A stretch of 64,000 nt of DNA from a virus (IMGVR_UViG_3300029841_000003), one strand, 5' to 3'; counted from the stretch's first letter, positions 1 through 10,203 are shown. Translations and numbers: made by a program. The notes: generated by a model not told the origin, from the letters alone.

Positions 1-60
1 GAACTTTCTTGGACTGATTGTGAAACATATGCAGAATATGAACAGTTCTGGATTCAGAGG

Positions 61-447
61 ATGCAGGAAATCGGAGTTCATGCACCTTTTTATATAAGAG
101 ACTTTTCCTGCAATGATCCATATATTCCTCTTGATTTCAGTACACAAATGAGAGAGTGCTCAGGAGACAACGGCAATGGAATTGAATCTGATATCTTAGC
201 TTGGTATTTTCCTTGGATTGAAAATATAAAGTATGACTGCGATAGTTGCCCAGACAATGAATACTGCTATAAAGAGGAATGTCAGGAAACTAAACAACAA
301 TTCATGGGAAAAGAAATTCCAAGAGATCAAGCATGTTTGTATATCTTAGGAAAGATTTGTATTTGCTCAGAATGTGGCTATATACCAGATTTTATAGTTA
401 AAAAGTTAAGCGAAATGTCGGAATATTCATGTAACCATATGGGTTAA
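61..447 (+). CDS. hypothetical Cys-rich small protein (begins inside or just after the window edge)
   Basis: 128-aa ORF on the + strand consistent with flanking gene direction. It has multiple CxxC-like Cys pairs and no recognisable family. Confidence 0.3.
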   Translation: MQEIGVHAPFYIRDFSCNDPYIPLDFSTQMRECSGDNGNGIESDILAWYFPWIENIKYDCDSCPDNEYCYKEECQETKQQFMGKEIPRDQACLYILGKICICSECGYIPDFIVKKLSEMSEYSCNHMG

Positions 448-463
448 GAAAGAGAGGGTAGTT

Positions 464-1405
464 ATGATGAATTATGAAATGTTTGTAGAAGAACTTAAAA
501 ATAAAATAAGTGCAGCTATCAATATTCCTATTGAGAATATAGAATTTTCAAAAGATGGAGATAGATTTTCTCCGACAGGAGACAGACTGCTGGTGAAGTT
601 TGCAGAGCATGATGATGCCTATGAGATCTGTGGAATACATACAAAAGAGCTTTTTAGAGAATTCTTAAATGGAGCATCATTTGACACTATTCTTGATAGT
701 ACTGTAAGAGACATTAGACAGTTACAAGGACAAAATTCTTATGAAAAAACAAAGAAAATTTGGAACTATGAAACTGTTAAAGGCTCTCTTTTTATAAGGC
801 TGCTTAATTATGATGATAATTCTAAAGAATTGAGTAATGCTGTTTATAAAAGAATAGGTGATATTGCTCAGGTATTATATATGAAGGTGTCTGAATGTGA
901 TGGAAACATTATGAGCACTAAGATTTTTAAATCTGTAGTAGAGAAATGGAAGGAAGATGGTTTGACCTTAAGTGAAGACAATATTCTGGAAGAAGCATTA
1001 AGAAACACAGAACGTATGTATCCACCGAGAATTTACAGATGGGATCAGATGCTCTTTAATCCGGAATATGAAGGAGAAGAGTTTATGAGTCCTGGTACAG
1101 AAGAAGCAATTAGCCAAGATCTTATTGGAAATTGTCTAACTACAGCAAAGAAAACAAACGGTGCGGTAGCTATATTTTATCCCGGTGTGGCTGAACGCTT
1201 TGCTGATGTACTGGATTCAGATTTGTATTTAGTGTTTACCAGTGTACATGAGGTAATGGTACATAAAGCAGATGCTGTTGATGCGGTAGACTTATCAATA
1301 ATCTTACAGGATACGTTGGAAGAGGCGACACCTAAAGAAGATTTCCTCACAAGGAAAATATATAAGTATGAAAAAGATACTCATAGATTTCTTTGTGCCA
1401 TATAA
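464..1405 (+). CDS. hypothetical protein
   Basis: 313-aa ORF with an RBS-like GAGAGGG upstream. No recognisable motifs. Confidence 0.4.
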   Translation: MMNYEMFVEELKNKISAAINIPIENIEFSKDGDRFSPTGDRLLVKFAEHDDAYEICGIHTKELFREFLNGASFDTILDSTVRDIRQLQGQNSYEKTKKIWNYETVKGSLFIRLLNYDDNSKELSNAVYKRIGDIAQVLYMKVSECDGNIMSTKIFKSVVEKWKEDGLTLSEDNILEEALRNTERMYPPRIYRWDQMLFNPEYEGEEFMSPGTEEAISQDLIGNCLTTAKKTNGAVAIFYPGVAERFADVLDSDLYLVFTSVHEVMVHKADAVDAVDLSIILQDTLEEATPKEDFLTRKIYKYEKDTHRFLCAI

Positions 1406-1423
1406 AAAATAGCCTCTCTCTTC

Positions 1424-2008
1424 TTGAGAGGGGCTGATAGGAGGGTAGTTATGAGAGAATACCATATTTATATGCAGCGTACAAAGCGTACAGAATGGCA
1501 TTGCGACTATAGCATATATAAATGGCTTCCATGGGAATATGTAGGATATGTAGAGGGGACTAAAGAGCTGTATACATACTTTAAGTTGAAGTTCCCATAC
1601 AGCACAAGAAGTATTAATTTTTACCATTCATTCAACTATTTTGATAGTGAATATGTTAGAACGGATAACGATTGGGATTTTATGTATTACCCACACGAAT
1701 ATCACAGATATTTGATCATGGATGATTATGGTAATGTACGAGACTTTTATCAGCTTACTAAGAAATATAAAAAGAAATACTATCGTACATATCATAAACA
1801 TCATGGATGGAATATTCATTGGGCTTCAACAGTGCCGGATCAGCGTAAAAGTATTACACCAGAAGAGATTGTAGAAGTAAGAAATGAATATGGTATTACC
1901 CTCAAGCCTATAAAACCAAAAAGAAAAATAAATCCATGGGATTATGAGAAAGAATCCAAAGTGTCTGGTTGGAAGATGCAAAGTAAAAGAAGGAAACAGT
2001 GGAGGTGA
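1424..2008 (+). CDS. hypothetical Tyr/His-rich protein
   Basis: 194-aa ORF with aromatic-rich composition, tightly spaced after the previous gene. Confidence 0.35.
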   Translation: MRGADRRVVMREYHIYMQRTKRTEWHCDYSIYKWLPWEYVGYVEGTKELYTYFKLKFPYSTRSINFYHSFNYFDSEYVRTDNDWDFMYYPHEYHRYLIMDDYGNVRDFYQLTKKYKKKYYRTYHKHHGWNIHWASTVPDQRKSITPEEIVEVRNEYGITLKPIKPKRKINPWDYEKESKVSGWKMQSKRRKQWR

Positions 2009-2011
2009 AAA

Positions 2012-2854
2012 ATGAAGATATATTTACTATGTACATTGGATAGTGAACATTATAGAGAACCATATTTTTACTTTTTCAAAACTGCTTTTGCGGCTCATAA
2101 ATGGGTTATAGACAACTTAGTCAGTATTACAGAGGAAAGCCGAGAAGAAGTAATAAGTGAGCTTGAATATAAAAATGTAGACGGATCCGACGATCAGATC
2201 ATGCGAATTGATTATTCATACGGAGATGGAGAATTCTATGTTAACACTATTCATGAAATTGAAATAAAAGATGGAGATTATCTTTGTATTTATCATCATG
2301 CTTACGAAGGTGTTGGATTCTATGTAGAGAAGATTGGCACTTTGGAAGAATGTAAAAATCATATGTTAGATTCTACAGCTAAAATGGCTAATGATTATGA
2401 CATTGATATAACTAATGATGATATATTCGAAGTTAATTCATTTGATTCATGTATTGATGATGATTATCAGTGGCATATGAACAATATTATTCTGTTCAAG
2501 GCAGATGAAATTATTCAAGACGAAAAAAAAGAGTCTAAAGAAACTGAACCAGAAGAAACTGGAGCAACAATATTAACATCAGAGGAATCAAATAATAACG
2601 GTCATAAATACAGTGATGAAATTTATGAAGAGCTAAAAGATTATATGTATGGACCTATTCCTGGATATGGTGTTACTTCTGATTATGTTGAAACTTCGTT
2701 AGAAGAAATAATTGAAGATATTGATGCCAGACCAAAATATGAAGTATTTAAAGAATTGTGTAACTATCATGGAATTGCACCTAGTACGGTAGAGTATCTA
2801 TACGAATCTATTTGGGGAAAGCCAAAGGATAAAACAGTTGGATATTTCTTATAA
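2012..2854 (+). CDS. hypothetical acidic protein
   Basis: 280-aa ORF whose start codon lies 4 nt after the previous stop. Asp/Glu-rich. Confidence 0.4.
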   Translation: MKIYLLCTLDSEHYREPYFYFFKTAFAAHKWVIDNLVSITEESREEVISELEYKNVDGSDDQIMRIDYSYGDGEFYVNTIHEIEIKDGDYLCIYHHAYEGVGFYVEKIGTLEECKNHMLDSTAKMANDYDIDITNDDIFEVNSFDSCIDDDYQWHMNNIILFKADEIIQDEKKESKETEPEETGATILTSEESNNNGHKYSDEIYEELKDYMYGPIPGYGVTSDYVETSLEEIIEDIDARPKYEVFKELCNYHGIAPSTVEYLYESIWGKPKDKTVGYFL

Positions 2855-2952
2855 TACAAATAAAAATAAGGGGATAAAATTGCAGTATTTTTTAATAGGA
2901 GTTATAGCAAGAGTTATTATTGAATGGATATTTAAATGAAAGAAGGTGAAAT

Positions 2953-3141
2953 ATGAAAACTTATAACAGAAGAGAAGTTGAGAGAATCATTCTAAAGAAT
3001 GGCTGGGAACTAGATCATTGTACTGGTGGACATTCGATTTATAAGAAAGAAGGTGTAAAGAAAACATTGTCTATTGCTTATAAGAAATGTAACCGGATGG
3101 TTGTGCAGAGACTTATTAAAGAATTTGGGTTAGTTACATAG
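2953..3141 (+). CDS. hicA: HicA-family toxin (mRNA interferase, YcfA-like)
   Basis: 62-aa protein with the GWEL..GGHSIYKK pattern typical of the HicA/YcfA family (GW-x-GSH-x-h). RBS AGGTGAAAT upstream. Confidence 0.55.
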   Translation: MKTYNRREVERIILKNGWELDHCTGGHSIYKKEGVKKTLSIAYKKCNRMVVQRLIKEFGLVT

Positions 3142-3150
3142 GAGGGCGCT

Positions 3151-3351
3151 ATGGGTAAATACTTAGTAACAGTAAGAGAAATCTTCGAACATACTTATTT
3201 AGTTGAAGCAGATTCTAGTGGAGAAGCAGAGCGTATTTGTAATGCAGAATCAAATGGTTGTGATGTTGATGATTATGTAGATACTGAATATGATTCTGAA
3301 CTGGTAGAGGATGAAGAAGATTTGGAAAGTATTGATTATGATGAATTATAG
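3151..3351 (+). CDS. putative HicB-like antitoxin or acidic small protein
   Basis: Lies immediately downstream of hicA in the usual hicA-hicB order. The N-terminus KYLVTV..YLVEADSSGEAE loosely resembles the HicB N-domain. It has an acidic tail and no DNA-binding domain. Confidence 0.3.
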   Translation: MGKYLVTVREIFEHTYLVEADSSGEAERICNAESNGCDVDDYVDTEYDSELVEDEEDLESIDYDEL

Positions 3352-3643
3352 AAAGAACTTTGATGAAACAAGTGTTTTAACAGACGAACGGAGAGAAAAT
3401 ATTATGAAACTATCAGAATGGAATGAAATTATAAGCTATGCAAAAGAACTATGCCAAAAGCGTACCAGTAATATAAGGCCAATTACATATTCGATGTATG
3501 ATGGCAGAAAAGGAATTTATCTTGCATTATATGATAGTGAAGGCAAACTATACGATCGAATTGCAAGTGGGGTGCATGACACAGTAGATGAATATAAAAA
3601 AGCACTTGATTCTATATACAATATTATTTGTGAATTGATTTAA
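3311..3643 (+). CDS. hypothetical protein
   Basis: 110-aa ORF. The true start is probably at an internal Met (MMNYRKNF). Confidence 0.3.
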   Translation: MKKIWKVLIMMNYRKNFDETSVLTDERRENIMKLSEWNEIISYAKELCQKRTSNIRPITYSMYDGRKGIYLALYDSEGKLYDRIASGVHDTVDEYKKALDSIYNIICELI

Positions 3644-3905
3644 AAGGATAATTTCAGGTTAAGAAAGAAAGGTAAATATGAGTTGGCATACAAAATGGGG
3701 AGATTTTCCAGAACTATATAAAGAAGTAGAAATTCTTATGACTGATGGCAGCATCAAAAGAGATATAATGGTTAAAGGAAAATATGGAAATTATGAATGG
3801 AGGAATTGGACAGATAAGTGTGTTGTAGGATGGAGACCTATTGAAAAAACTACATAAATACTATAAACTGTAAATAGCCATCTTTTTGTATCAAGGAAAG
3901 GTAAG

Positions 3906-4622
3906 GTGAATTTGGGAAAGAAAGTTAAAGTAAGAGATATGAAGCCAGGTTGGACATATAGAGTACCTGGCAAAACATTGGAAGAAATTTATGAAAGTGC
4001 GCATGAATATGCTAAATGGCCTCCGGTACAAATGACAGACGCAAAGCAAAATACAGGTTTATTATTGCTCAAAGTTACTGAAGACAATAAAAACAATTGG
4101 GATGAAAAATACGGGTTCAATCTATATCCTATACATGAAGAAGTTGAGCTGACAGAAAAAGCACTGAGGCCCGGTCAGCAAGGAACTTTTCAAGTAGTAA
4201 GAACCGGGAATAAGGTTTGGAACTATCATCCCAATTGTACTGTCCGAGTAGAAGTAGACTCATTAGATTTTGAAATGGAAGAAGCTTATCCATTCCCTAT
4301 TGCTGTAGTGAGAGATGACTATGAGCCAATACCTTTGCCGAATCCATGGACATGGGGGGAAACAAGCGATCCTGATTCTAAGGCAGCAAAGCATGTAGAT
4401 GTTTGGGACGAGTCTGATGCAAAGACTATAGTTATATTAGGAATAATATCATTTGTACTGTTAATGGCTGGACTCTCTGGTTTGAGTCTACTGATAACAA
4501 TGTGGGCGGTAGCAGCAGCTTATTTTCATTCAAAGCATGAAAAAGTAAGAAAAGAAATCCTTGAACAAAGAAATAAACATGGAATTAGTGGAAGTGGATT
4601 AGACCACAAATTTAGATGGTGA
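3906..4622 (+). CDS. hypothetical membrane-anchored protein (C-terminal TM helix)
   Basis: 238-aa ORF with a GTG start and a hydrophobic segment IVILGIISFVLLMAGLSGLSLLITMWAVAAAYF near the C-terminus. Confidence 0.4.
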   Translation: MNLGKKVKVRDMKPGWTYRVPGKTLEEIYESAHEYAKWPPVQMTDAKQNTGLLLLKVTEDNKNNWDEKYGFNLYPIHEEVELTEKALRPGQQGTFQVVRTGNKVWNYHPNCTVRVEVDSLDFEMEEAYPFPIAVVRDDYEPIPLPNPWTWGETSDPDSKAAKHVDVWDESDAKTIVILGIISFVLLMAGLSGLSLLITMWAVAAAYFHSKHEKVRKEILEQRNKHGISGSGLDHKFRW

Positions 4623-4623
4623 G

Positions 4624-5631
4624 GTGAATTGCATGAAAGGAAGAGAAGAACATAAATATAAATCAGAAAGCAAGATGAGAGCATTGCTTAGGGATAAGCC
4701 ACAATATTTCACTGGTTATTATAATGGTCTATTCAATTCATGCGAATATCTTACTGCGCAAAATTATACTATGACGGCTGTTAGGTTTATGAACTATTTG
4801 AAAGAAAACGGGTTTATAGAGTCAATAGAAGATTGTAATGGAGCAATGACTATTGACAATGTAAACTCTTATCTCTCTTGCTTAAGAGGAAGAGATGGAG
4901 GATATAGTTCAGATAGTGCTAAAGCAACTACTTATACGGCATTAAAATCATTTGCTGATTATTTGTTAAGCAGAAAAATGATTTCAGAGAGCCCTTTTGA
5001 TTGTGGCATAAAAAGAGTTTCTGTAAAAGATCCGCTTAAACAGGTTGCAATGACAGCCGCAGAGTTAAAAAAAGTTGTTGAAAGAATAAATGATAATTCT
5101 ATTGGTACAAAAAGGGCCAACGCAAGAAGAGAAGCATGGAAGGAAAGAAACCTTGCTATATTTACTCTTCTTATGGTAACTGGTATTCGTGTTACTGCGC
5201 TTACAGAACTTAATATGGAAGATATATTCTGGGATCAGAAGATTATTAGGGTTACTGATAAGCGCAGAAACACTTATGAATGTGAACTTGATGATGATAG
5301 TATGGATATTTTAAGAAATTGGGTAATAAAACGTGCAGAACTTTTGAATAAAAGAGATTGTAATGCTCTTTTTATTTCTAACAGACGAACAAGAATCACT
5401 GACAAATCAGTGAGAGATTTAGTTAAGGCATATACCGCAGATTTTGAAAAACATATTACTCCTCATAAATTTAGAAGTACTTTTGCTACATTATTATATG
5501 ATCAGACAGGAGACATTGCATATGTACAGCAATTAATGAATCATTCTCGACCTGACACGACACAAAGATACATCGTTCGAAAGCCCATTAATGCTGAAGC
5601 TGCTAAATATGTAAATAGTTTATTGAAATAA
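4624..5631 (+). CDS. tyrosine site-specific recombinase (XerC/D-like)
   Basis: 335 aa. Catalytic-domain boxes are present: R in LMVTGIRVTALTELN, HKFRSTFATLL (HxxR) and HSRPDTTQRYI (terminal Tyr). Confidence 0.7.
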   Translation: MNCMKGREEHKYKSESKMRALLRDKPQYFTGYYNGLFNSCEYLTAQNYTMTAVRFMNYLKENGFIESIEDCNGAMTIDNVNSYLSCLRGRDGGYSSDSAKATTYTALKSFADYLLSRKMISESPFDCGIKRVSVKDPLKQVAMTAAELKKVVERINDNSIGTKRANARREAWKERNLAIFTLLMVTGIRVTALTELNMEDIFWDQKIIRVTDKRRNTYECELDDDSMDILRNWVIKRAELLNKRDCNALFISNRRTRITDKSVRDLVKAYTADFEKHITPHKFRSTFATLLYDQTGDIAYVQQLMNHSRPDTTQRYIVRKPINAEAAKYVNSLLK

Positions 5632-5671
5632 GTTCTAAACAATGATATAATACAAGAAAGGAGGTTGCAAA

Positions 5672-6880
5672 ATGTTAAGAAGTGAAAACCTGTATGAGAT
5701 ACTGGATAAGTATTTTTCTCAAATCCAGAAAAATTCATATTACAAGAGAGAAGTACAAAAATTTCTTATGAAAAAATATGAATACTCAGATATTGAATAT
5801 ATGCAGTATATCATTGGAGCAAAAAGCAAAGATGAAATTCCAGACAATGAAATGTATTGGCTTATTGATGCGTTTAATAATGTTTTTAGGACAAATATGG
5901 AAATGAAAACATATTTTTCTGATAAGGAAATAGTAAGATTTTCGAGCCTAAAGGCAGATTATTTAAAAACAGATATTTATCCAATAAGAATAAGTCCAGT
6001 GATAGAGATAGCTGAAGATCAATGGGTGACAAAAATAAGTATTGATTTACTAAAAGAGTTTTATGATAACCAGCTTATAATATACAATCCAAGGACTCAG
6101 CGTCAACTTAAACAGAGACGTAGAGGACAAGATGTATCATATACAATTGATATAGTTTCTTCATCAGTAAAAGCTATTGAAGGTTTAATGAGCAAGGGAG
6201 AATTTGTACCTAATGCTTTAACTCTTAATCTCAATGTTGATGATCCAGAGGTAGATTTTGATATTGTTGGATCAGAATTGATACTTAATTCTGGTAAATT
6301 TGATATCATTGATGGTTTTCACCGGTTTAGAGCTGCAATAAACACGAAAATTAAGAATCCTGATTTTCAGTTTAATTTTATTCTGAATATCATGAATTTT
6401 ACAGAAGACAAAGCATGTCAGTATATTGAGCAGGAAGATAAGAGAAATAAGATTTCTAAAAGTTACTTAGCTTCTATGGATAAGTCGTCTCCTACTAATA
6501 TAATTATTGACAAACTAAACAACACATTGGATAGTCCAGTAAGAGGTAAAATTGAAAGAGCACATAGAGGAGAAATAGACAGAGCTACTTTGTTTTCATT
6601 ATTGGAGTTTATTCTTAAAACTAAAAATATGAACCGGAGTCAGTGTATCAAAACTGCGGTATTTATCATAAATATTTTGAAGATAGTTCAAGAGAATAAT
6701 CCAGATGTTGTATTTGATGACACCACTATGCCAGTAGTGTTATATGGTTCATCTATCTCAAAGGATGCATATGAATGTGCAGAAAAAATAGAAAGTGCAT
6801 TAGGAAAAGATGTGCCGATTATTAATAGTGTTACAAACATGAAAGTAAATAAAATAAAAGCTTTATTTGAGGAGGTGTGA
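5672..6880 (+). CDS. ParB/Srx-superfamily (DGxHR / DUF262-DndB-like) domain protein
   Basis: 402 aa. The motif IIDGFHRFRAA resembles the ParB/sulfiredoxin DGxHR..AA catalytic motif (DGQHR/DGQQR families). Confidence 0.4.
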   Translation: MLRSENLYEILDKYFSQIQKNSYYKREVQKFLMKKYEYSDIEYMQYIIGAKSKDEIPDNEMYWLIDAFNNVFRTNMEMKTYFSDKEIVRFSSLKADYLKTDIYPIRISPVIEIAEDQWVTKISIDLLKEFYDNQLIIYNPRTQRQLKQRRRGQDVSYTIDIVSSSVKAIEGLMSKGEFVPNALTLNLNVDDPEVDFDIVGSELILNSGKFDIIDGFHRFRAAINTKIKNPDFQFNFILNIMNFTEDKACQYIEQEDKRNKISKSYLASMDKSSPTNIIIDKLNNTLDSPVRGKIERAHRGEIDRATLFSLLEFILKTKNMNRSQCIKTAVFIINILKIVQENNPDVVFDDTTMPVVLYGSSISKDAYECAEKIESALGKDVPIINSVTNMKVNKIKALFEEV

Positions 6881-7788
6881 TTATGTATAATGAAGAACGG
6901 AAGAAAGAATATCTGCGACATGTAGTAGAAGATCTCGGACAAACTCCACAAAGTGCGAAAGCTCTTTTTAACAAAACGGAAGACTATGAGGACTTACTTA
7001 ACAAGGACTTATGTGATTTTACTTTTTCTGAAATAGATAAATTGTTGTCTACATTTGCAGCCTCATCAATAAATGCCTTAAGGAAAAATATAAGTATTTT
7101 ACGGAAATATGCTGACTGGTGTTGTTCCTGCAACATATCTATAGACAACATAAATCACTATGATGAAATAAATATGGAAATTGAAAGTCTACAGAAATAT
7201 CTTAATAAGGAGAGAGCGGTGTGTCCCAGCAGAGAACAGGTTTTAAAGGATATTTCTAAAATTAGAAACTATTCTGATAAATTTTTAATTCTGGCTTTGT
7301 TTGAAGGAGTAAGAACAGAAGCCCCCGGTGAGCTTTTAAGAGCTAAAATAAGTAAGTTGAATGGTAATATCCTTACTTTCGAAAACGGAGAGGAAAAAAC
7401 TTTGTCAGAGACGCTGGTAGACTTGGCTAAAGTTAGTTCACAAGAGGAGGAGTATATATCTTTTACTGGAACTGCTTCTTTATTAAGTATGAAGGGGAAT
7501 ATTGTTAACTCCAGGAATAATACACGTAGTGATTCATTAGAAGCTTTAAATCTAAGACTGACAAATAGGTTAATTGCGCTTAGAAAAGAGCTTAATATTC
7601 CGTATCTGACTATTCCTCGACTCTATACAGCCGGAATTGTAGAGCAGTTTAGAGAAATAATGAAGAAATATAATGTTTCTAAGGAAGATATCTTTGAAAG
7701 CCAGTATGTTGAAATGGTTAGTTCAAATTATAATATAAGTTCTTATGGCAAAGGAACTCTTAAAAATAAATTTTATAGTTATTTATAA
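6877..7788 (+). CDS. degenerate tyrosine-recombinase-like protein
   Basis: 303 aa. It has an N-terminal SAM-like core-binding segment, an R box (LILALFEGVRTEAPGELL) and a possible Tyr (IPRLYTAG). The canonical HxxR box is absent (SRNNTRSD). The start overlaps the previous stop by 4 nt. Confidence 0.3.
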   Translation: MIMYNEERKKEYLRHVVEDLGQTPQSAKALFNKTEDYEDLLNKDLCDFTFSEIDKLLSTFAASSINALRKNISILRKYADWCCSCNISIDNINHYDEINMEIESLQKYLNKERAVCPSREQVLKDISKIRNYSDKFLILALFEGVRTEAPGELLRAKISKLNGNILTFENGEEKTLSETLVDLAKVSSQEEEYISFTGTASLLSMKGNIVNSRNNTRSDSLEALNLRLTNRLIALRKELNIPYLTIPRLYTAGIVEQFREIMKKYNVSKEDIFESQYVEMVSSNYNISSYGKGTLKNKFYSYL

Positions 7789-7795
7789 TAGATAA

Positions 7796-7837
7796 TACCA
7801 CACATAGATTGACTTAATTTGCTGTGTGTGGTAATAT
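7796..7837 (+). terminator. hairpin terminator overlapping a promoter-like TTGACT-N17-TAATAT
   Basis: Perfect inverted repeat TACCACACA ... TGTGTGGTA (7796-7833). Its loop contains TTGACT (7809-7814) and the TAATAT box lies 17 nt downstream. Confidence 0.45.
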
Positions 7838-7883
7838 TTAAACATAATAAGCGAACAAGCGTTCGAACATTGGAGGGATTGCA

Positions 7884-8150
7884 GTGTTAGAGAGACTTTA
7901 TGAATGTTTTGGAACTGAGGAGAGAATTGGATTAATTTGTCACATAAATGGCATGGAAATGGGGTGGATGAACTTTGTAATTGAAAATATATATGAAGAG
8001 GGAGATGTTGTAAGAGTAGAAACCGGAGATTCTTACATAAGACTGGAGCCGAAGCTTTATGAAGAGGTTCCAGTTGGAGAAGGGGAAAAATTTGTTCATG
8101 GTAAAGATTATGTTATATTGTATAAAATGGAGGAAGAAGAGTGCTTTTAA
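7884..8150 (+). CDS. hypothetical small protein
   Basis: 88-aa ORF overlapping the ligA start by 10 nt. Confidence 0.3.
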   Translation: MLERLYECFGTEERIGLICHINGMEMGWMNFVIENIYEEGDVVRVETGDSYIRLEPKLYEEVPVGEGEKFVHGKDYVILYKMEEEECF

Positions 8151-10186
8151 AAGAAATGCGTGAATTAGTGGAAGAATTAAATATATATGCTCATGCGTAT
8201 TATATGGAAGATACTTCTCTAATTTCTGATTATGAATATGATAAAAAATATGATCGACTTAAAGAACTTGAGAAAGTTACAGGTATTATTTTAGCCAACA
8301 GTCCCACTATCAATGTTGGCTCAGAAACAGTTAGTGAGTTAGAAAAAGTCGAACATGATCATCCAATGTTGTCCTTAGACAAAACAAAGGATATAAATGA
8401 AGTTGAAAGTTTTATGAATGGTTTGCCAGGATTAGCCATGCTAAAAATGGATGGGCTTACTATTTCAGTAAAATATATAGATGGTAAATTGGTTGCTGCA
8501 GAAACTAGAGGGAATGGAATCATCGGAGAGAATGTTTTACATACAGCAAACAGTTTTGTAAATCTTCCAAAGGAAATTCCTTATAAAGATGAAGTAGTAG
8601 TTGATGGAGAAGCTGTCATGGAAATCCATCATTATACTTATCTTAAAGAGCTAAAAGATATTGATCTGAAAAAAGATGGAGAAAGAAAGGGACTTTTTGG
8701 TGAAGAATTAGAAAAATATATTAAAGATAATGGTATTAAGAATATCAGAAATTTAACTGCTGGCTCTGTTAGACAGCTTGATAACTCCGTTACAAAAGAA
8801 AGAAAAATCAAGTTCATTGCTTGGAAGGCCGTTCGTGGAATAGATGGAAATAGTTTCATGAAAAGATTACAGATATTAGATCTGTTAGGATTTGAAGTGG
8901 TCCCTTGGGTAAAAGTTGATAATATTGAAGAGAATATTAAAGAACTTAGAAAAACCGCAAGAGAAAAAGATGTTCCTATTGATGGAATCGTATTTTCATA
9001 TGATGATATTGATTATAGTGAAAGCTTAGGAAACACATCACATCATGTTCGATCACAATTGGCATATAAATTTGCAGATGATAAGTTTGAAACAGTAATT
9101 AGAGATGTGGAATGGAGCATGGGAAAGACTGGACAGTTGACACCTGTGGCAGTTTTTGATCCGGTTGAAATAGATGATACTATTGTTGAAAGAGCTAGCT
9201 TACATAATGTGAGTATTTTCAAAAGTTATGAACTGTCAGTAGGAGATACGATTACGGTATATAAGGCAAACATGATCATTCCGCAGATCGCAGAGAATTT
9301 GACCAGAAACGGTGACAAATTGTTTACTGTGCCTGACAAGTGCCCTATTTGTGGTGGTCATGTAAAAATTACAGGTGAAAATGAGACAGAAGAGCTTCAG
9401 TGCATGAACCTTGAATGTAAAGGGAAACTTCTTGGTGAATTATGTACTTTTGTAAGCAAAGAAGCACATGATATTACAGGGCTTTCTAAATCTACTCTGA
9501 GTCTATTAATAGAGAAAGAATTTATTAAAGGGCCTTTAGACTTATTTTATCTAAAAGACTGCCGGGGAATGTTAGTGACATTACAAGGGCTAGGAGCAAA
9601 AAAGGTTGATAAAATCCTGGAATCAATAGAAAAATGCCGCAAGACAACTCTGCCTAAATTCCTTTATGGGCTGTCCATACCTTTAATCGGTCGAAGTGTT
9701 AGTAAGCAGCTAAACATTGTTGAAGAGAAGAGAGCAAGAGAAAAAGGGTTAAAAACAGCTTTTGATAGCTTTATTAAAGATATGGATTCTCAGTATGATT
9801 TTACATGTTTGGAAGACTTTGGTTTTGCGAAAGCTTCTTCTTTGAAAAATTATTTTGAAGAAAATCAAAGATACATAACTGAGCTTGCTGCGGAATTCCA
9901 GTTTGAAGAAATTTCTCAGGAGACGGTAAAAGATGTTTTGAATGGGGCAATATTCTGTATTACTGGGACACTCACCGAGTTTGCCAATAGAGCAGCTCTA
10001 GTAGAGAAAATAGAGTCTCTTGGAGGTAAAGTCACAGGATCAGTAACTAAAAAAACTAACTACCTTATTAATAATGATACATTGTCAAAGAGTAGCAAGA
10101 ATGTGAAAGCTATGCAGCTTGGTATCCCGATAATTTCAGAAAAAGAATTTTTAAACAAGTTTGTAAAAAAAGTGTTGACAAGGTAG
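8141..10186 (+). CDS. ligA: NAD+-dependent DNA ligase LigA
   Basis: 681 aa. N-terminal Ia domain (YAHAYYMEDTSLISDYEYD), KxDG adenylation motif (LAMLKMDGLTISVKY), Zn-finger Cys cluster (CPICGGH...C...C) and a C-terminal BRCT-like region (IFCITGTL). Confidence 0.9.
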   Translation: MLLKEMRELVEELNIYAHAYYMEDTSLISDYEYDKKYDRLKELEKVTGIILANSPTINVGSETVSELEKVEHDHPMLSLDKTKDINEVESFMNGLPGLAMLKMDGLTISVKYIDGKLVAAETRGNGIIGENVLHTANSFVNLPKEIPYKDEVVVDGEAVMEIHHYTYLKELKDIDLKKDGERKGLFGEELEKYIKDNGIKNIRNLTAGSVRQLDNSVTKERKIKFIAWKAVRGIDGNSFMKRLQILDLLGFEVVPWVKVDNIEENIKELRKTAREKDVPIDGIVFSYDDIDYSESLGNTSHHVRSQLAYKFADDKFETVIRDVEWSMGKTGQLTPVAVFDPVEIDDTIVERASLHNVSIFKSYELSVGDTITVYKANMIIPQIAENLTRNGDKLFTVPDKCPICGGHVKITGENETEELQCMNLECKGKLLGELCTFVSKEAHDITGLSKSTLSLLIEKEFIKGPLDLFYLKDCRGMLVTLQGLGAKKVDKILESIEKCRKTTLPKFLYGLSIPLIGRSVSKQLNIVEEKRAREKGLKTAFDSFIKDMDSQYDFTCLEDFGFAKASSLKNYFEENQRYITELAAEFQFEEISQETVKDVLNGAIFCITGTLTEFANRAALVEKIESLGGKVTGSVTKKTNYLINNDTLSKSSKNVKAMQLGIPIISEKEFLNKFVKKVLTR

Positions 10187-10203
10187 AATGACTATGGTAT
10201 ACT
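10175..10203 (+). promoter_or_regulatory. sigma-A type promoter TTGACA-N17-TATACT preceded by an operator-like palindrome
   Basis: TTGACA at 10175-10180, a 17-nt spacer and TATACT at 10198-10203. The upstream element AACAAGTTTGTAAAAAAAGTG is shared with the next promoter. Confidence 0.45.

Noticed and set aside
1304-1627. Minus-strand ORF (107 aa) antisense to the 3' end of 464-1405 and the start of 1424-2008
   Set aside because: It overlaps well-supported + strand genes in a genome that is otherwise entirely + strand. Low-complexity translation with no RBS context. Likely spurious. The same reasoning applies to the other minus-strand ORFs inside + strand genes, for example 6103-6309, 8638-8859, 12056-12334, 19156-19521, 25455-25757, 26967-27335, 27405-28025, 32117-32464, 38739-38996, 40545-40898, 42424-42681 and 54468-54857.
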